A model generated the notes under the pieces. That model made no database searches. It was not told where the DNA came from and worked only from the letters and a program-made list of their open reading frames with translations. The position numbers and the translations under genes were made by a program. Source: an uncultured delta proteobacterium (GTDB lineage: Bacteria > Desulfobacterota > GWC2-55-46). From it: 64,000 nucleotides of DNA. Positions within the stretch are counted from its first letter, which is position 1; the number at the start of each line of letters is the position of its first letter. The stretch spans positions 54,327 through 118,326 of the forward strand of contig CAVSHY010000026.1 in the NCBI GenBank assembly GCA_963727865.1. The letters are read 5' to 3'. Positions 9,664-19,699 of the stretch are shown piece by piece.

Positions 9664-10026
9664 ATGAGTTATAAACGTAATGAGAGGGTCGGAGACCTTA
9701 TTAAAGAAGAAATAGCTTCGATGATTCTTCACGGCGAAGTTAAAGACCCCAGGATCGGTTTTGTCACCATAACGCATGTAAAGCTTTCGCCGGATTTGAA
9801 GGAAGCGAAGGTATATTTCAGCCAGATCGGCTCCGATGAGGAGAAGTCCAAGAGCCGGGACGGGCTCAATAATGCCGTGGGGTACATAAGAAGGACTCTC
9901 GCGAAACGCCTTAACCTCAGACACATCCCCACGATTAGTTTCATGTTCGACGATTCTCTCGAATATTCTGAACATATAGAAAAAGTCATAAAAGAGATGA
10001 AGGAAGGACAGGAGGGCGGACGTTAG
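9664..10026 (+). CDS. rbfA: Ribosome-binding factor A
   Basis: It has RVGDLIKEEIASMIL..KDPRIGFVTITHVKLSPDLKEAKVYF. Confidence 0.92.
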   Translation: MSYKRNERVGDLIKEEIASMILHGEVKDPRIGFVTITHVKLSPDLKEAKVYFSQIGSDEEKSKSRDGLNNAVGYIRRTLAKRLNLRHIPTISFMFDDSLEYSEHIEKVIKEMKEGQEGGR

Positions 10027-10068
10027 GAGGCTTTAGCCAGGTTTCGCGCCCCGCGCCGGATTAAAAAT

Positions 10069-11082
10069 ATGGATAAAAGATTCGATGATGTGGTAAAGGA
10101 GATTAAAGCCGGGAAGAAGTTCCTGACGGTATCACATGTAAGCCCGGAGGGCGACGCGGCGGGGTCGCTTCTTGGCATAACCCTTGCCCTGAGGAGCCTC
10201 GGTAAAGACGTTACCGCGTACCTCGAAGACCCGGTCCCGGATATCTTCGGTTTCCTCCCCGGCGCCGATACCATAGTGCACGATCTCAAAGGCGCGGGGC
10301 CTTTTGACGCGACATTCGCCGTTGACTGCGGGCAGAAAGACAGGCTCGGCAAGGGATTCCTCGAGCTTAAAGACCCCGGGCGCATCATTAATATAGACCA
10401 TCACGCCACAAACGACCGCTTCGGGGACATAAACGTTGTTGAGCCCGAAGCCAGCGCCGCCGGAGAACTCGTATACGACCTTTTAAAGGCCGCTTCGATA
10501 AAAATAACCCCTGATATCGCGACGAACCTTTATGTGGCTATACACACGGATACCGGTTCCTTCCGCTACTCCTCTTCCACGGCGGGCTCATTCATAAAGG
10601 CGGGGGAACTCGTAAAAGCCGGGGTCCAGCCATGGGAGATATCGAGAAGGGTATACGAGAACTACCCGCCAAGAAGATACAAACTCCTGGGCCTCGTGCT
10701 TTCAACCCTTGACATAATAGTCGGGGGAGGGAAGGACAGCAGTATCGCCACCCTTGTGGTAACCCTCGATATGTTCAGAAAGACCGATTCAGAAAAAGAC
10801 CTTGCGGACGGTTTTGTGAACTATGCAAGGGGGATAGAAGGGGTAGGGGTGGGGATCCTTTTCAGGGAAGCCGGGCTCAATGAATACAAGGTCAGTATGA
10901 GGTCAAAGGGCGATGTGGATGTGGCTGAGGTGGCGATGAATTTCGGGGGCGGAGGGCATCGTAACGCGGCAGGCTGTACGCTAAAAGGCAGCCTCGAAGA
11001 AGTAAAGGCAAAGGTAATAAACGCGATTAAAGAAAAAATTTTTGCGGCGGGAAAGTATGAACGGAGTGCTTATCGCGGATAA
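10069..11082 (+). CDS. nrnA: DHH/DHHA1 phosphoesterase (NrnA-type oligoribonuclease / pAp phosphatase)
   Basis: It has the DHH motif (NIDHHATN) and the DHHA1 GGGH motif, and sits between rbfA and truB. Confidence 0.85.
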   Translation: MDKRFDDVVKEIKAGKKFLTVSHVSPEGDAAGSLLGITLALRSLGKDVTAYLEDPVPDIFGFLPGADTIVHDLKGAGPFDATFAVDCGQKDRLGKGFLELKDPGRIINIDHHATNDRFGDINVVEPEASAAGELVYDLLKAASIKITPDIATNLYVAIHTDTGSFRYSSSTAGSFIKAGELVKAGVQPWEISRRVYENYPPRRYKLLGLVLSTLDIIVGGGKDSSIATLVVTLDMFRKTDSEKDLADGFVNYARGIEGVGVGILFREAGLNEYKVSMRSKGDVDVAEVAMNFGGGGHRNAAGCTLKGSLEEVKAKVINAIKEKIFAAGKYERSAYRG

Positions 11083-11746
11083 ACCCGCTGGGTGGACATC
11101 GCATGACGTGGTGTCAAAGGTGAAAAAAGAGCTTGGCGCCCGTAAGGTCGGGCACCTCGGCACCCTGGACCCTCTCGCTACAGGCGTACTCCCTCTGGTT
11201 ATAAACGGAGCGACAAAGTACGCCCGTTTCCTTGACGGGGGAAGGAAGGAATATCTCTGCACCCTTAAGATCGGGGAAGAGACGGATACCTTCGACGCCG
11301 AGGGAAAGGTAGTCGCTTCATTAGACATCTCTTCCATAACCGAAGGTGATATAATTGACGCGTTAAAGGGGTTTAGAGGCAGGGTCAAACAGGTCCCGCC
11401 GATGTATTCCTCTAAAAAACTCAACGGGACCCCGCTTTACAAGTTGGCGCGGATGGGGGTTATCGTAGAGAGGGAAGCGCGGGAGGTAGAGATATTCGCC
11501 CTCGAGATAATAAACATATCTATCCCGTATGTTGAGTTCCGCGTCTCGTGTTCGAAAGGGACGTACGTAAGGTCAATCTGCAATGACGCCGGCAGAATCC
11601 TCGGGTGCGGAGCGCACCTCGCGTCGTTGAGGAGGATCGGCTGCGGCCCGTTTCTGATAGATGAATCGATAAGTCCCAGGGCCACAAGGGACGAACTTAA
11701 TGGCAGGATAATATCCATAGAAGACGCCCTCAAGAGGGTTTCTTAG
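11057..11746 (+). CDS. truB: tRNA pseudouridine(55) synthase
   Basis: It has GVLIADKPAGWTSHDVV and GHLGTLDPLATGVLPL. The ATG at 11057 is preferred over the TTG at 11042. Confidence 0.92.
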   Translation: MNGVLIADKPAGWTSHDVVSKVKKELGARKVGHLGTLDPLATGVLPLVINGATKYARFLDGGRKEYLCTLKIGEETDTFDAEGKVVASLDISSITEGDIIDALKGFRGRVKQVPPMYSSKKLNGTPLYKLARMGVIVEREAREVEIFALEIINISIPYVEFRVSCSKGTYVRSICNDAGRILGCGAHLASLRRIGCGPFLIDESISPRATRDELNGRIISIEDALKRVS

Positions 11747-11870
11747 AAGATGGTTATAAAGATCGTAATCTTTTTGTATTAAACGGGGGGGGACGGGATA
11801 CAGGACGGCGTAATGCAAAAATTTCTCCTTTTTTTAAGAATAGATAGATGATAAGATTGCACATTTTGGT

Positions 11871-11892
11871 GGGTGGGGCAGGGGAGCGAGGG
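11871..11892 (+). other. Canonical G-quadruplex motif in the truB-rpsO spacer
   Basis: GGG-T-GGGG-CA-GGGG-AGCGA-GGG is read directly from the sequence. Confidence 0.6.
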
Positions 11893-12050
11893 CGGTAGAG
11901 AGACGAGCGGGGGATGGAGGTAATACTATGGACGCGGCTCGTAATACGCGCTATCGCCGTTTACCCGGATTTTTAAGGAAAAGAAGATTTACTTGAATTT
12001 TTTTCTTTTTTGTAAGATATTCGTAAGACCGTGAAAGGAGGTGAAAAGAG

Positions 12051-12317
12051 ATGCTGGCGACAGAGAAAAAACAGGAGATCATTAAAACCTTTATGACCCA
12101 TGAGAAAGATACCGGGTCACCGGAGGTTCAGATAGCTATTTTAAGCGAGAGGATAAACAGCCTCAGCTCCCATTTTAAGATCCACAAGTTCGATCACCAC
12201 TCAAGGCGGGGACTGCTTAAGATGGTCGGCCACAGGAGAAGGCTACTTGACTATGTCAAGAGGAAAGATCTGAACCGCTATAAGAACATTGTGGAAAGGT
12301 TAGGGCTGAGGAGATAA
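12051..12317 (+). CDS. rpsO: 30S ribosomal protein S15
   Basis: It has [36 protein letters not shown] and GGAGG upstream of the start. Confidence 0.95.
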   Translation: MLATEKKQEIIKTFMTHEKDTGSPEVQIAILSERINSLSSHFKIHKFDHHSRRGLLKMVGHRRRLLDYVKRKDLNRYKNIVERLGLRR

Positions 12318-12461
12318 GTTGTAAACGGGGCGCGAAATTGCGGCATAGGAAGAGAGACCGGAGTTTTGTTCGAACGCCTGGTAAGCAAATACTTACTTAC
12401 TTGAAAAGCGCCGTGTGGGGATTTATAAATAAAATTTTATAGTTAGGAGAAAGTAATTGTA

Positions 12462-14549
12462 ATGGCGAGGCAATATGAGGCTGATTATGCCGGCAGAAAG
12501 CTAAAGATAGAAATAGGCAAGATGGCGAGACAGGCCAACGGGTCATGTACATTAAGATACGGTGATACTGTTGTGCTTGTAACGGCGTGCCGCGCGGAAA
12601 ATCCGTCTACAGGTTTCGATTTTGTACCTTTAACAGTAAACTACATGGAGATGACATACGCCGCCGGCAAGATCCCGGGCGGTTTTTTTAAGCGCGAGGG
12701 GAGACCCAGCGAAAGGGAGGTCCTGACCTCCCGGCTTATCGACAGGCCATTGAGGCCCCTTTTCCCCGAAGGCTACAGAAATGAAACTCAGGTCATCGCC
12801 ACCGTCCTTTCAGTAGACCAGGAAAACGACCCGGAGCTTATAGCCGTAATCGGCGCGTCGATAGCCCTGGGTATCTCAGACGTACCTTTCGCCGGCCCCA
12901 TAGCGGCGGTGAGGATAGGCTCCATAAACGGGGAACTTGTCTGTAATCCAACCCTCAAGCAGCAGAAGGAAAGCGACCTTGACCTCGTAGTCGCCGGTTC
13001 CATGGGCTCTATTATCATGGTAGAGGGAGGGGCGCGCTTTTTATCCGAAGATTATCTTGTCCAGGCGCTCATATTCGCGCAGGATTCGATGAAGGGCGTT
13101 CTGGAACTTCAAAATAGGATCATAAGCGAGGCTGGTGCCAGGAAACTCGAGGCCGCGCCCGTTACAATAGATAAGGACATTGAAGCCCGCGTGAAGGAAT
13201 TCTCCAAAGAGAAACTCGCCGCGGCGCTCAGGATACCGGTAAAGCTTGAACGTTATTCCGCGATAAGGAACCTCAAGGGTGAGCTTATTACGGCTCTTAC
13301 CCCTGAATTCGAAGACAGGGAAAAAGAGATCGAGACTGTCTTCAGCGATATGAAGTATTACATGATGAGGGAGATGGTCCTTAAGGAAAAGAGGAGGGTG
13401 GACGGCAGGGGCCCGAAGGACATAAGGAATATAACCTGTGACATCGGGCTTCTTCCGAGGACGCACGGCTCGGCGCTTTTCACAAGAGGCGAGACGCAGG
13501 CTATGGTCGTAACGACGCTCGGCACCTCGGAAGACGAACAGAAGATAGACGCGCTTTCCGGGTGGGAGTATAAGACATTCATGCTCCACTATAACTTTCC
13601 TCCTTTTAGCGTAGGAGAGGTCAAGATACTCAGAGGCCCGGGAAGACGCGAGATAGGGCACGGCGCGCTCGCCGAGAGGGCCGTGGCGAAGGTGTTGCCG
13701 AAGGAAGGCACCTTCCCCTATACGGTAAGGGTCGTATCCGATATCCTTGAATCAAACGGCTCGTCCTCGATGGCCACGGTCTGCGGAGCTTCGCTCTCCC
13801 TTATGGACGCGGGAGTGCCGATTACCGACCACGTCGCCGGAATTGCGATGGGCCTTATAAAGGAAGGGAATGACACGGTGGTGCTTTCGGATATACTCGG
13901 CGACGAGGACCATCTCGGAGACATGGACTTCAAGGTCGCGGGCAGCGCCAACGGCGTTACGGCGCTGCAGATGGATATCAAGATAGGCGGGGTAAGCTCG
14001 GAATTACTGAGAGAGGCCTTATTCCAGGCTAAGGAAGGCAGGCTCCATATTCTGGAGAAGATGAGATCCGCCATAACGGCCCCGAGGACAGAACTCTCGG
14101 TGTATGCGCCGCGCATAATCACCATATACGTCAAGACCGAAAAGATCAAGGACGTCATCGGGCCCGGCGGCAAGAACATAAAGGGCATTATCCTCGAGAC
14201 CGGGGTGAAGATCGATATCGACGACACCGGGAAGGTCAACATCGCTTCCACAGACAACGAGGCCGCGCAGAAGGCCGTCGCCATGGTAAGGAAGCTCACG
14301 CAGGAACCTGAGATAGGCAAGCTCTACATGGGTAAGGTCAAAAAGATAATGGACTTCGGGGCGTTCGTTGAAATATTCCCCGGAACCGAAGGCCTTGTCC
14401 ATATCTCGCAGCTTGCTGAAGAGCGGGTTAAAAACGTAAGAGATATCCTTAAAGAAGGCGATGAGGTGCTTGTAAAGGTAATCGATGTGGACAGGGACGG
14501 TAAAATAAGGCTTTCCAGGAAAGAGGCCATTGGGCAGAGCCTGCAGTAA
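12462..14549 (+). CDS. pnp: Polyribonucleotide nucleotidyltransferase (PNPase)
   Basis: It has two RNase PH domains plus KH and S1 domains, and follows rpsO. Confidence 0.95.
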   Translation: MARQYEADYAGRKLKIEIGKMARQANGSCTLRYGDTVVLVTACRAENPSTGFDFVPLTVNYMEMTYAAGKIPGGFFKREGRPSEREVLTSRLIDRPLRPLFPEGYRNETQVIATVLSVDQENDPELIAVIGASIALGISDVPFAGPIAAVRIGSINGELVCNPTLKQQKESDLDLVVAGSMGSIIMVEGGARFLSEDYLVQALIFAQDSMKGVLELQNRIISEAGARKLEAAPVTIDKDIEARVKEFSKEKLAAALRIPVKLERYSAIRNLKGELITALTPEFEDREKEIETVFSDMKYYMMREMVLKEKRRVDGRGPKDIRNITCDIGLLPRTHGSALFTRGETQAMVVTTLGTSEDEQKIDALSGWEYKTFMLHYNFPPFSVGEVKILRGPGRREIGHGALAERAVAKVLPKEGTFPYTVRVVSDILESNGSSSMATVCGASLSLMDAGVPITDHVAGIAMGLIKEGNDTVVLSDILGDEDHLGDMDFKVAGSANGVTALQMDIKIGGVSSELLREALFQAKEGRLHILEKMRSAITAPRTELSVYAPRIITIYVKTEKIKDVIGPGGKNIKGIILETGVKIDIDDTGKVNIASTDNEAAQKAVAMVRKLTQEPEIGKLYMGKVKKIMDFGAFVEIFPGTEGLVHISQLAEERVKNVRDILKEGDEVLVKVIDVDRDGKIRLSRKEAIGQSLQ

Positions 14550-14581
14550 GAGAAAAGAATAAAATAAAAGTTTCGTAAAAA

Positions 14582-14606
14582 CGCTTCTCTTTGTGGCAGA
14601 GAAGCG
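14582..14606 (+). terminator. Hairpin downstream of pnp (weak terminator candidate)
   Basis: CGCTTCTC-loop-GAGAAGCG forms an 8-9 bp stem with no U-tract. Confidence 0.3.
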
Positions 14607-14665
14607 TACGAAGTTATGGTTTTACATGCCTTTAACCTGTCACTTCCACTAACGGGCGCTGCCAG

Positions 14666-15925
14666 ATGTCTCGTATCCAGAAAACTACCCTCGAAAACGG
14701 TATAAAGGTCTTAACCGAAGAGATGCCGGATGTGGAATCCGCATCCATCGGCATCTGGGTTAAGACGGGGTCGAGAAATGAGACCCGTAAACTTAACGGG
14801 GTCTCTCATTTTATCGAACATATGCTCTTTAAGGGCACGGAAAAAAGGACCGCCCTCGATATCTCAAAAGAGATAGAGTCCGTCGGGGGGGTGCTTAACG
14901 CCTTCACAAGCAGGGAATACACTTGCTTCTTCGCCAAGGTTTTGAATAAAGACCTGCCTACGGCCATCGATCTCCTTTCCGACATATTCATGAATTCGAA
15001 ATTCGATAATACCGAGATGAATAAGGAGAAGATGGTGGTTCTGCAGGAGATAAAGATGGTCGAGGATACCCCGGACGACCTCATACATGACCTTTTCGCG
15101 GAAAGGTTCTGGAAAGACCACCCCATTGGCTGGTCCATACTCGGACCAGCGGCGACGATAAAATCGATAACCAGGGACGATATGATGAGGTATTTCAACG
15201 AACACTACCGTTCAAAGGGCATACTCATCACGGCCGCCGGCGGGTTCAGGTCCGGCCGCGTAATCAAGCTCCTTAACTCCAGGTTTGGCCGGATCAAGGA
15301 GAAACCCCATGGGACGGTTACATCAAAACCTGTCCCGGTGCCGGGGGTAAAATTATTCAAGAAGAACCTTGAGCAGACTCACCTGTGCCTCGGCGTCCCG
15401 GTTCCCCCTCAGCCGCATCCCGAGAGATACAGGATTTATCTCATGAATACGATACTCGGGGGAGGGATGAGCTCAAGGCTTTTCCAGGAGGTAAGGGAGA
15501 AACGGGGGCTCGCGTATTCGGTTTATTCGTACATCAACCTTTGCATGGACACGGGGTCTCTCGTCGCCTACGCGGGGATATCAAAGGAAAGCTTCACCGA
15601 GGCCGTGGAGCTTATAGTAAAAGAGTTTGCCAAATTCAGTAAGGGCGTAAGCGCTGAAGAGCTTAAGAACGCGAAAGAGCAGTTAAAGGGCGGGATGCTC
15701 CTGGGGCTGGAGACAAGCGATAACAGGATGATGAAGCTCGCCCGTGACGAGATATACTTTGGAAGGGTCATTCCGATAAGGGAGATAGTAAAAGGGATAG
15801 ACGGCGTGACGCTTAAAGAGCTCGCGAGAACCGCTTCCATGGTGCTGGTGCCGGGTAAAATAACTCTCGTAGCGATAGGCAACGTCACGAATAGAAACCT
15901 TCCGAAAGGTTTAAGGCCGCGCTGA
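14666..15925 (+). CDS. M16 family zinc metallopeptidase (insulinase-like)
   Basis: It has the HxxEH zinc motif ([12 protein letters not shown]). The position after pnp matches many bacteria. Confidence 0.88.
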   Translation: MSRIQKTTLENGIKVLTEEMPDVESASIGIWVKTGSRNETRKLNGVSHFIEHMLFKGTEKRTALDISKEIESVGGVLNAFTSREYTCFFAKVLNKDLPTAIDLLSDIFMNSKFDNTEMNKEKMVVLQEIKMVEDTPDDLIHDLFAERFWKDHPIGWSILGPAATIKSITRDDMMRYFNEHYRSKGILITAAGGFRSGRVIKLLNSRFGRIKEKPHGTVTSKPVPVPGVKLFKKNLEQTHLCLGVPVPPQPHPERYRIYLMNTILGGGMSSRLFQEVREKRGLAYSVYSYINLCMDTGSLVAYAGISKESFTEAVELIVKEFAKFSKGVSAEELKNAKEQLKGGMLLGLETSDNRMMKLARDEIYFGRVIPIREIVKGIDGVTLKELARTASMVLVPGKITLVAIGNVTNRNLPKGLRPR

Positions 15926-15993
15926 AAAAAATAAACGCCTCTTTTTTAATCCTTTCGTTTGAGGTAAAATACGGCGTCAGGGGGAGGGTTTAG

Positions 15994-16662
15994 ATGAGGA
16001 TACTGATTATAGAAGATGAAAAAAAGGTAGCCGCCTTCATTAAACGCGGTCTTGAACAGGAAAGCTATGCCGTGGATGTGGTCAATGACGGCATAGAGGG
16101 CGGGCATTACGCTGAAGTGAACGAATACGACGCGATTATACTCGATATCATGCTCCCCCAGAAGAGCGGGCTTGAAGTGCTTAAGGACCTCAAGGCCGCC
16201 AAGGTAAAGGCCCCGGTACTCCTTCTTACGGCGCGTGACACCGTCGAGGACAGGGTAAAGGGTTTAAACCTCGGCGCTGACGACTATCTAACAAAACCGT
16301 TCGCCTTTGAGGAGCTCCTCGCCCGCTTGAGAGCTCTTATGAGAAGGGGCGCTTCCGGGGCGCCTGTCCTTAAATTCGAGGACTTAAGCCTCGACCCCGC
16401 TACCAGGAAGGCCAGGAGGGGGGATCTTGAGATAGAGCTTACCGTTAAAGAGTACGCGCTTCTGGAGTACCTCCTCCGGAACCCGAACCGGGTGCTCACA
16501 AGGATCCTTATAGCCGAGCACGTGTGGGACCAGACCTTTGACAGTGAAACAAACGTCGTCGACGTTTATATAAACCACCTGAGAAGCAAGATCGACAAGG
16601 ATTTCTCTAAAAAACTCATCCATACGATAAGGGGCGTCGGCTACGTACTTAAAGAAGAGTGA
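15994..16662 (+). CDS. OmpR-family response regulator (CusR/CopR-like)
   Basis: It has a receiver domain (ILDIMLP, LLLTARD, KPF) and a winged-helix domain (RGVGYVL). No kinase gene is adjacent. Confidence 0.88.
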   Translation: MRILIIEDEKKVAAFIKRGLEQESYAVDVVNDGIEGGHYAEVNEYDAIILDIMLPQKSGLEVLKDLKAAKVKAPVLLLTARDTVEDRVKGLNLGADDYLTKPFAFEELLARLRALMRRGASGAPVLKFEDLSLDPATRKARRGDLEIELTVKEYALLEYLLRNPNRVLTRILIAEHVWDQTFDSETNVVDVYINHLRSKIDKDFSKKLIHTIRGVGYVLKEE

Positions 16663-16692
16663 GGCCGGTTTTAAAAGAACCGTCCATCTTTT
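16663..16692 (+). terminator. Weak terminator-like hairpin after the response regulator
   Basis: GGCCGGTT-TTAAAAG-AACCGTCC is followed by ATCTTTTC. The stem is imperfect. Confidence 0.3.
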
Positions 16693-16971
16693 CAAGGCCA
16701 GATTAAGCTGAACCTCATATTCACCGTTATTTCAGCCAAAAACATTTAAGGGTGACTATCGTAAAGGCGCGTGTCCCTTATTCCGCGACTGCCGGGTAAG
16801 CGGGCGGATAGAAGCAGTTTTCATGGATTTATAAGATTACCTGCCGCAGACGCGTACTTCCGCCGGTTTCTTTCCTTATTCCCTAATGGACTTTTTGAGC
16901 CTTTTTTGATACCCTTTAATTAGGGTTTTCGTGTATTCGGGTATCATTAAGTTTAATTAAAAAACTATAAG

Positions 16972-18369
16972 ATGATCACAGATATCGTAAAAAACGAGCT
17001 TAAGCGGATAGTCGGGGCGAATAACGCTTCTTTTTCAAAAGAGGACCTCTTTTGCTATTCATACGACGCTACAAACTCGATCTATCTTCCTGACGCGGTT
17101 ATTTTCCCGAAAGGCCCTGAAGAGATTTCGCTGGTTCTGAAGGTGGCGAATTCCGAAGGGTTCCCTGTTATACCAAGGGGAGCGGGCACGGGATTTACGG
17201 GAGGGAGTTTGCCTGTAGAGGGCGGGGTCGTGATTTCCACTGAAAGGATGAAAAATATCCTTGAGATCGATACGGAAAACCTTACCGCTACCGTTGAACC
17301 CGGGGTCGTTACGTGGGACTTCCAGGAGGCTGTGGAAAAGCTCGGGCTTTTCTATCCCCCGGACCCTTCAAGCCTGAAATTCTCAACGATCGGGGGAAAT
17401 ATCGCTGAATGCGCCGGAGGGCCGAGGGCGGTAAAGTACGGGGTCACAAGGGATTATGTGCTCGGCCTTGAAGTGGTGCTTCCCACCGGTGAGATAATAC
17501 ATACCGGAGTAAAAACGGCTAAAGGGGTCGTTGGATATGACATTACGAGACTTTTAATCGGATCCGAGGGAACCCTCGGGATCATAACGAAAGCCACTTT
17601 GAGGCTTATACCTCTGCCGGAATCGAGCAAGACCATGCTTGCCGTTTTCCCGGAGATCAGAGACGCGGCAAAGACGGTTTCCGGCATCATAAAAGCTAAA
17701 ATCATACCTTCAACCCTTGAGATAATCGATAGCGTTAGCCTGAAGTGCGTTGAGGAGCACGCGAAGGCAGGATTGCCCGATGCGGAAGCCGTGCTTTTGA
17801 TAGAGGTTGATGGCGGTATCGAGTCCGTCGATAAGGACACTGAAAAAATAAAAAAGATATGCCTTGAAAATAAAGCCCTGGAGGTAAAAGTCGCCTCCGA
17901 TAAGAAAGAGGTAAAGGACCTCTGGAACGCGAGGAGGGCTATTTCAGCCTCCCTCTTCAAGGTTAAGCCGAATAAGCTAAACGAGGATATCGTTGTGCCG
18001 CGGTCATCGATACCGGCTCTTATCGCCGGGGTCAGGGAGATAGGCGAAAAAAGAAGGCTTCTTATAGCGAGCTTCGGGCACGCTGGCGATGGCAATATCC
18101 ACGTGAACATAATGTATGATAAAAAAGACGCCATCGAGGCTAAAGCCGCGGAAGAAGCGGTGCGGGATGTCTTTGAACTCACCCTTAAGCTCAACGGCAC
18201 AATCTCCGGCGAGCACGGCGTGGGTATCGCGAAATCCAGGTACCTTAACATGGAATTAAGCCCAGCTTCGATAGAGGTCATGAAGCGCATTAAAAGCGCT
18301 ATGGACCCAAAAGGAATTTTAAACCCTGGGAAGATATTCCCAAAAGACGCTTCCCCGTTAAAATTATGA
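16972..18369 (+). CDS. glcD: FAD-linked oxidase (GlcD / D-lactate dehydrogenase family)
   Basis: It has an FAD-binding PCMH-type N-terminal half (PRGAGTGFTGGS) and the C-terminal GTISGEHGVG motif. Confidence 0.85.
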   Translation: MITDIVKNELKRIVGANNASFSKEDLFCYSYDATNSIYLPDAVIFPKGPEEISLVLKVANSEGFPVIPRGAGTGFTGGSLPVEGGVVISTERMKNILEIDTENLTATVEPGVVTWDFQEAVEKLGLFYPPDPSSLKFSTIGGNIAECAGGPRAVKYGVTRDYVLGLEVVLPTGEIIHTGVKTAKGVVGYDITRLLIGSEGTLGIITKATLRLIPLPESSKTMLAVFPEIRDAAKTVSGIIKAKIIPSTLEIIDSVSLKCVEEHAKAGLPDAEAVLLIEVDGGIESVDKDTEKIKKICLENKALEVKVASDKKEVKDLWNARRAISASLFKVKPNKLNEDIVVPRSSIPALIAGVREIGEKRRLLIASFGHAGDGNIHVNIMYDKKDAIEAKAAEEAVRDVFELTLKLNGTISGEHGVGIAKSRYLNMELSPASIEVMKRIKSAMDPKGILNPGKIFPKDASPLKL

Positions 18370-19631
18370 GCCAGCTTAAGTCGCTCAAAGATGAAATCGA
18401 AAAGTGCGTGCGCTGCGGCACATGCGGGTCTGTCTGCCCTACCTTCCAGGCCCTCGGGAAGGAGACCGCGAGCGCCCGCGGGAAACTTACCCTCGTTCAG
18501 GCTTATCTTAAAGGCGAGATAGAGCTTAGCGAGGATTACATCAGGCATATAAAAGAATGCACCCTTTGCGGCGCGTGCCGGTCGAGCTGCCCCAACGGCG
18601 TTAATACGACGGGGATCATAAGCGCGGCGCGGGCGGACCATGTAGAGAAAAAGGGGGTCCCTTTAGCGGCTTCTTTGCTATTTAAAACCCTCCTTGAGTC
18701 ATCGAGCCCGTGGGCCCTTAAACTCGCCACAAAGATGCAGGGCCTTTTTTTTAAGGACGCTTCCATCGAAAGCGGCCTTCTGTCGAGGTTCTCCATCCCG
18801 CTTATCGGTAACGGCAGGCTCATGCCCCAGCTCGCCAGGACATTTTTTCTCGAAATGCCGGAGGTTAAAAAATTGTCATCTCACGGAAGGGGAGGGCGAA
18901 AGCCTAAAATAGCCTTCTACGCCGGGTGCGGGGTTAATTACCTTATGCCAAATGTAGGGATCGCTTCCCTCGATGTGCTTAAAAGAGCCGATGTGGAAGT
19001 GATCGTCCCCTCGGGGCAGGTCTGCTGCGGTATGCCGGCTTACTCCATGGGCGATGTGGCTGTCGCTAAAAGCATGGCCATAAAGAACCTTGAGGCCTTT
19101 GAGGCGTATGATTTTGATTTCATCGCCACATCGTGCGCCACATGCGGATACGGGCTTAAAACGCTTTTCAAAAAGCTTCTCGGCGACGACCCTGAATACG
19201 CAAATAAGGTAGACGCTTTTGCCGCAAAGGTGAAGGACATAACCGAACTCCTCGCCGGGGAACTCGATTTCATCCGCAAGGGCAGGGCAAAGAAGGAGAA
19301 TAGCCCGGCGGTCGTAACATACCATGACCCATGCCACCTCGGGAGGAACCAGGGCGTAAGGGAGGAGCCGAGGGAGCTGATAGCGTCCGCCAAAGGGGTT
19401 GAGCTTAAGGAGATGAAGCACCCATGCAGGTGCTGCGGTCTCGGCGGAGGGCTCAGCATTTCAAACTACGGCTTATCCATGGAGATTACCAGAAGAAAAG
19501 CCGAAAGCGTCAGGGATTCGGGCGCGGATATCGTGGTAACCGCGTGTCCCGGATGCATTGTTCAGTTGAGGGATGGGCTCCACAGGTACGGGGTTAAGGC
19601 AAAAGTAGCCCACGTCGTCGAATTTTTATAA
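18366..19631 (+). CDS. glcF: (Fe-S)-binding oxidoreductase subunit, GlcF-like
   Basis: It has two 4Fe-4S motifs (CVRCGTCGSVCP, CTLCGACRSSCP) and two CCG domains. It is translationally coupled to the upstream gene. Confidence 0.85.
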   Translation: MSQLKSLKDEIEKCVRCGTCGSVCPTFQALGKETASARGKLTLVQAYLKGEIELSEDYIRHIKECTLCGACRSSCPNGVNTTGIISAARADHVEKKGVPLAASLLFKTLLESSSPWALKLATKMQGLFFKDASIESGLLSRFSIPLIGNGRLMPQLARTFFLEMPEVKKLSSHGRGGRKPKIAFYAGCGVNYLMPNVGIASLDVLKRADVEVIVPSGQVCCGMPAYSMGDVAVAKSMAIKNLEAFEAYDFDFIATSCATCGYGLKTLFKKLLGDDPEYANKVDAFAAKVKDITELLAGELDFIRKGRAKKENSPAVVTYHDPCHLGRNQGVREEPRELIASAKGVELKEMKHPCRCCGLGGGLSISNYGLSMEITRRKAESVRDSGADIVVTACPGCIVQLRDGLHRYGVKAKVAHVVEFL

Positions 19632-19699
19632 ACCCGCCTTGCCTTGTTTAGGCGATATTAAGCTATAATTGTAATCACTGGAATTTAAGGAATATAATT

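Noticed and set aside
17454-18641. A 395-aa ORF on the minus strand, with similar long antisense ORFs at 3461-4117, 5100-5795, 13041-13661, 34523-35284 and 42683-43468.
   Set aside because: Each lies entirely antisense to a gene with unmistakable family motifs (glcD/glcF, the BON protein, nusA, pnp, metK, alaS). Their translations are low-complexity (Ser/Pro/Arg/Ala-rich) with no recognisable domains. These are typical shadow ORFs.
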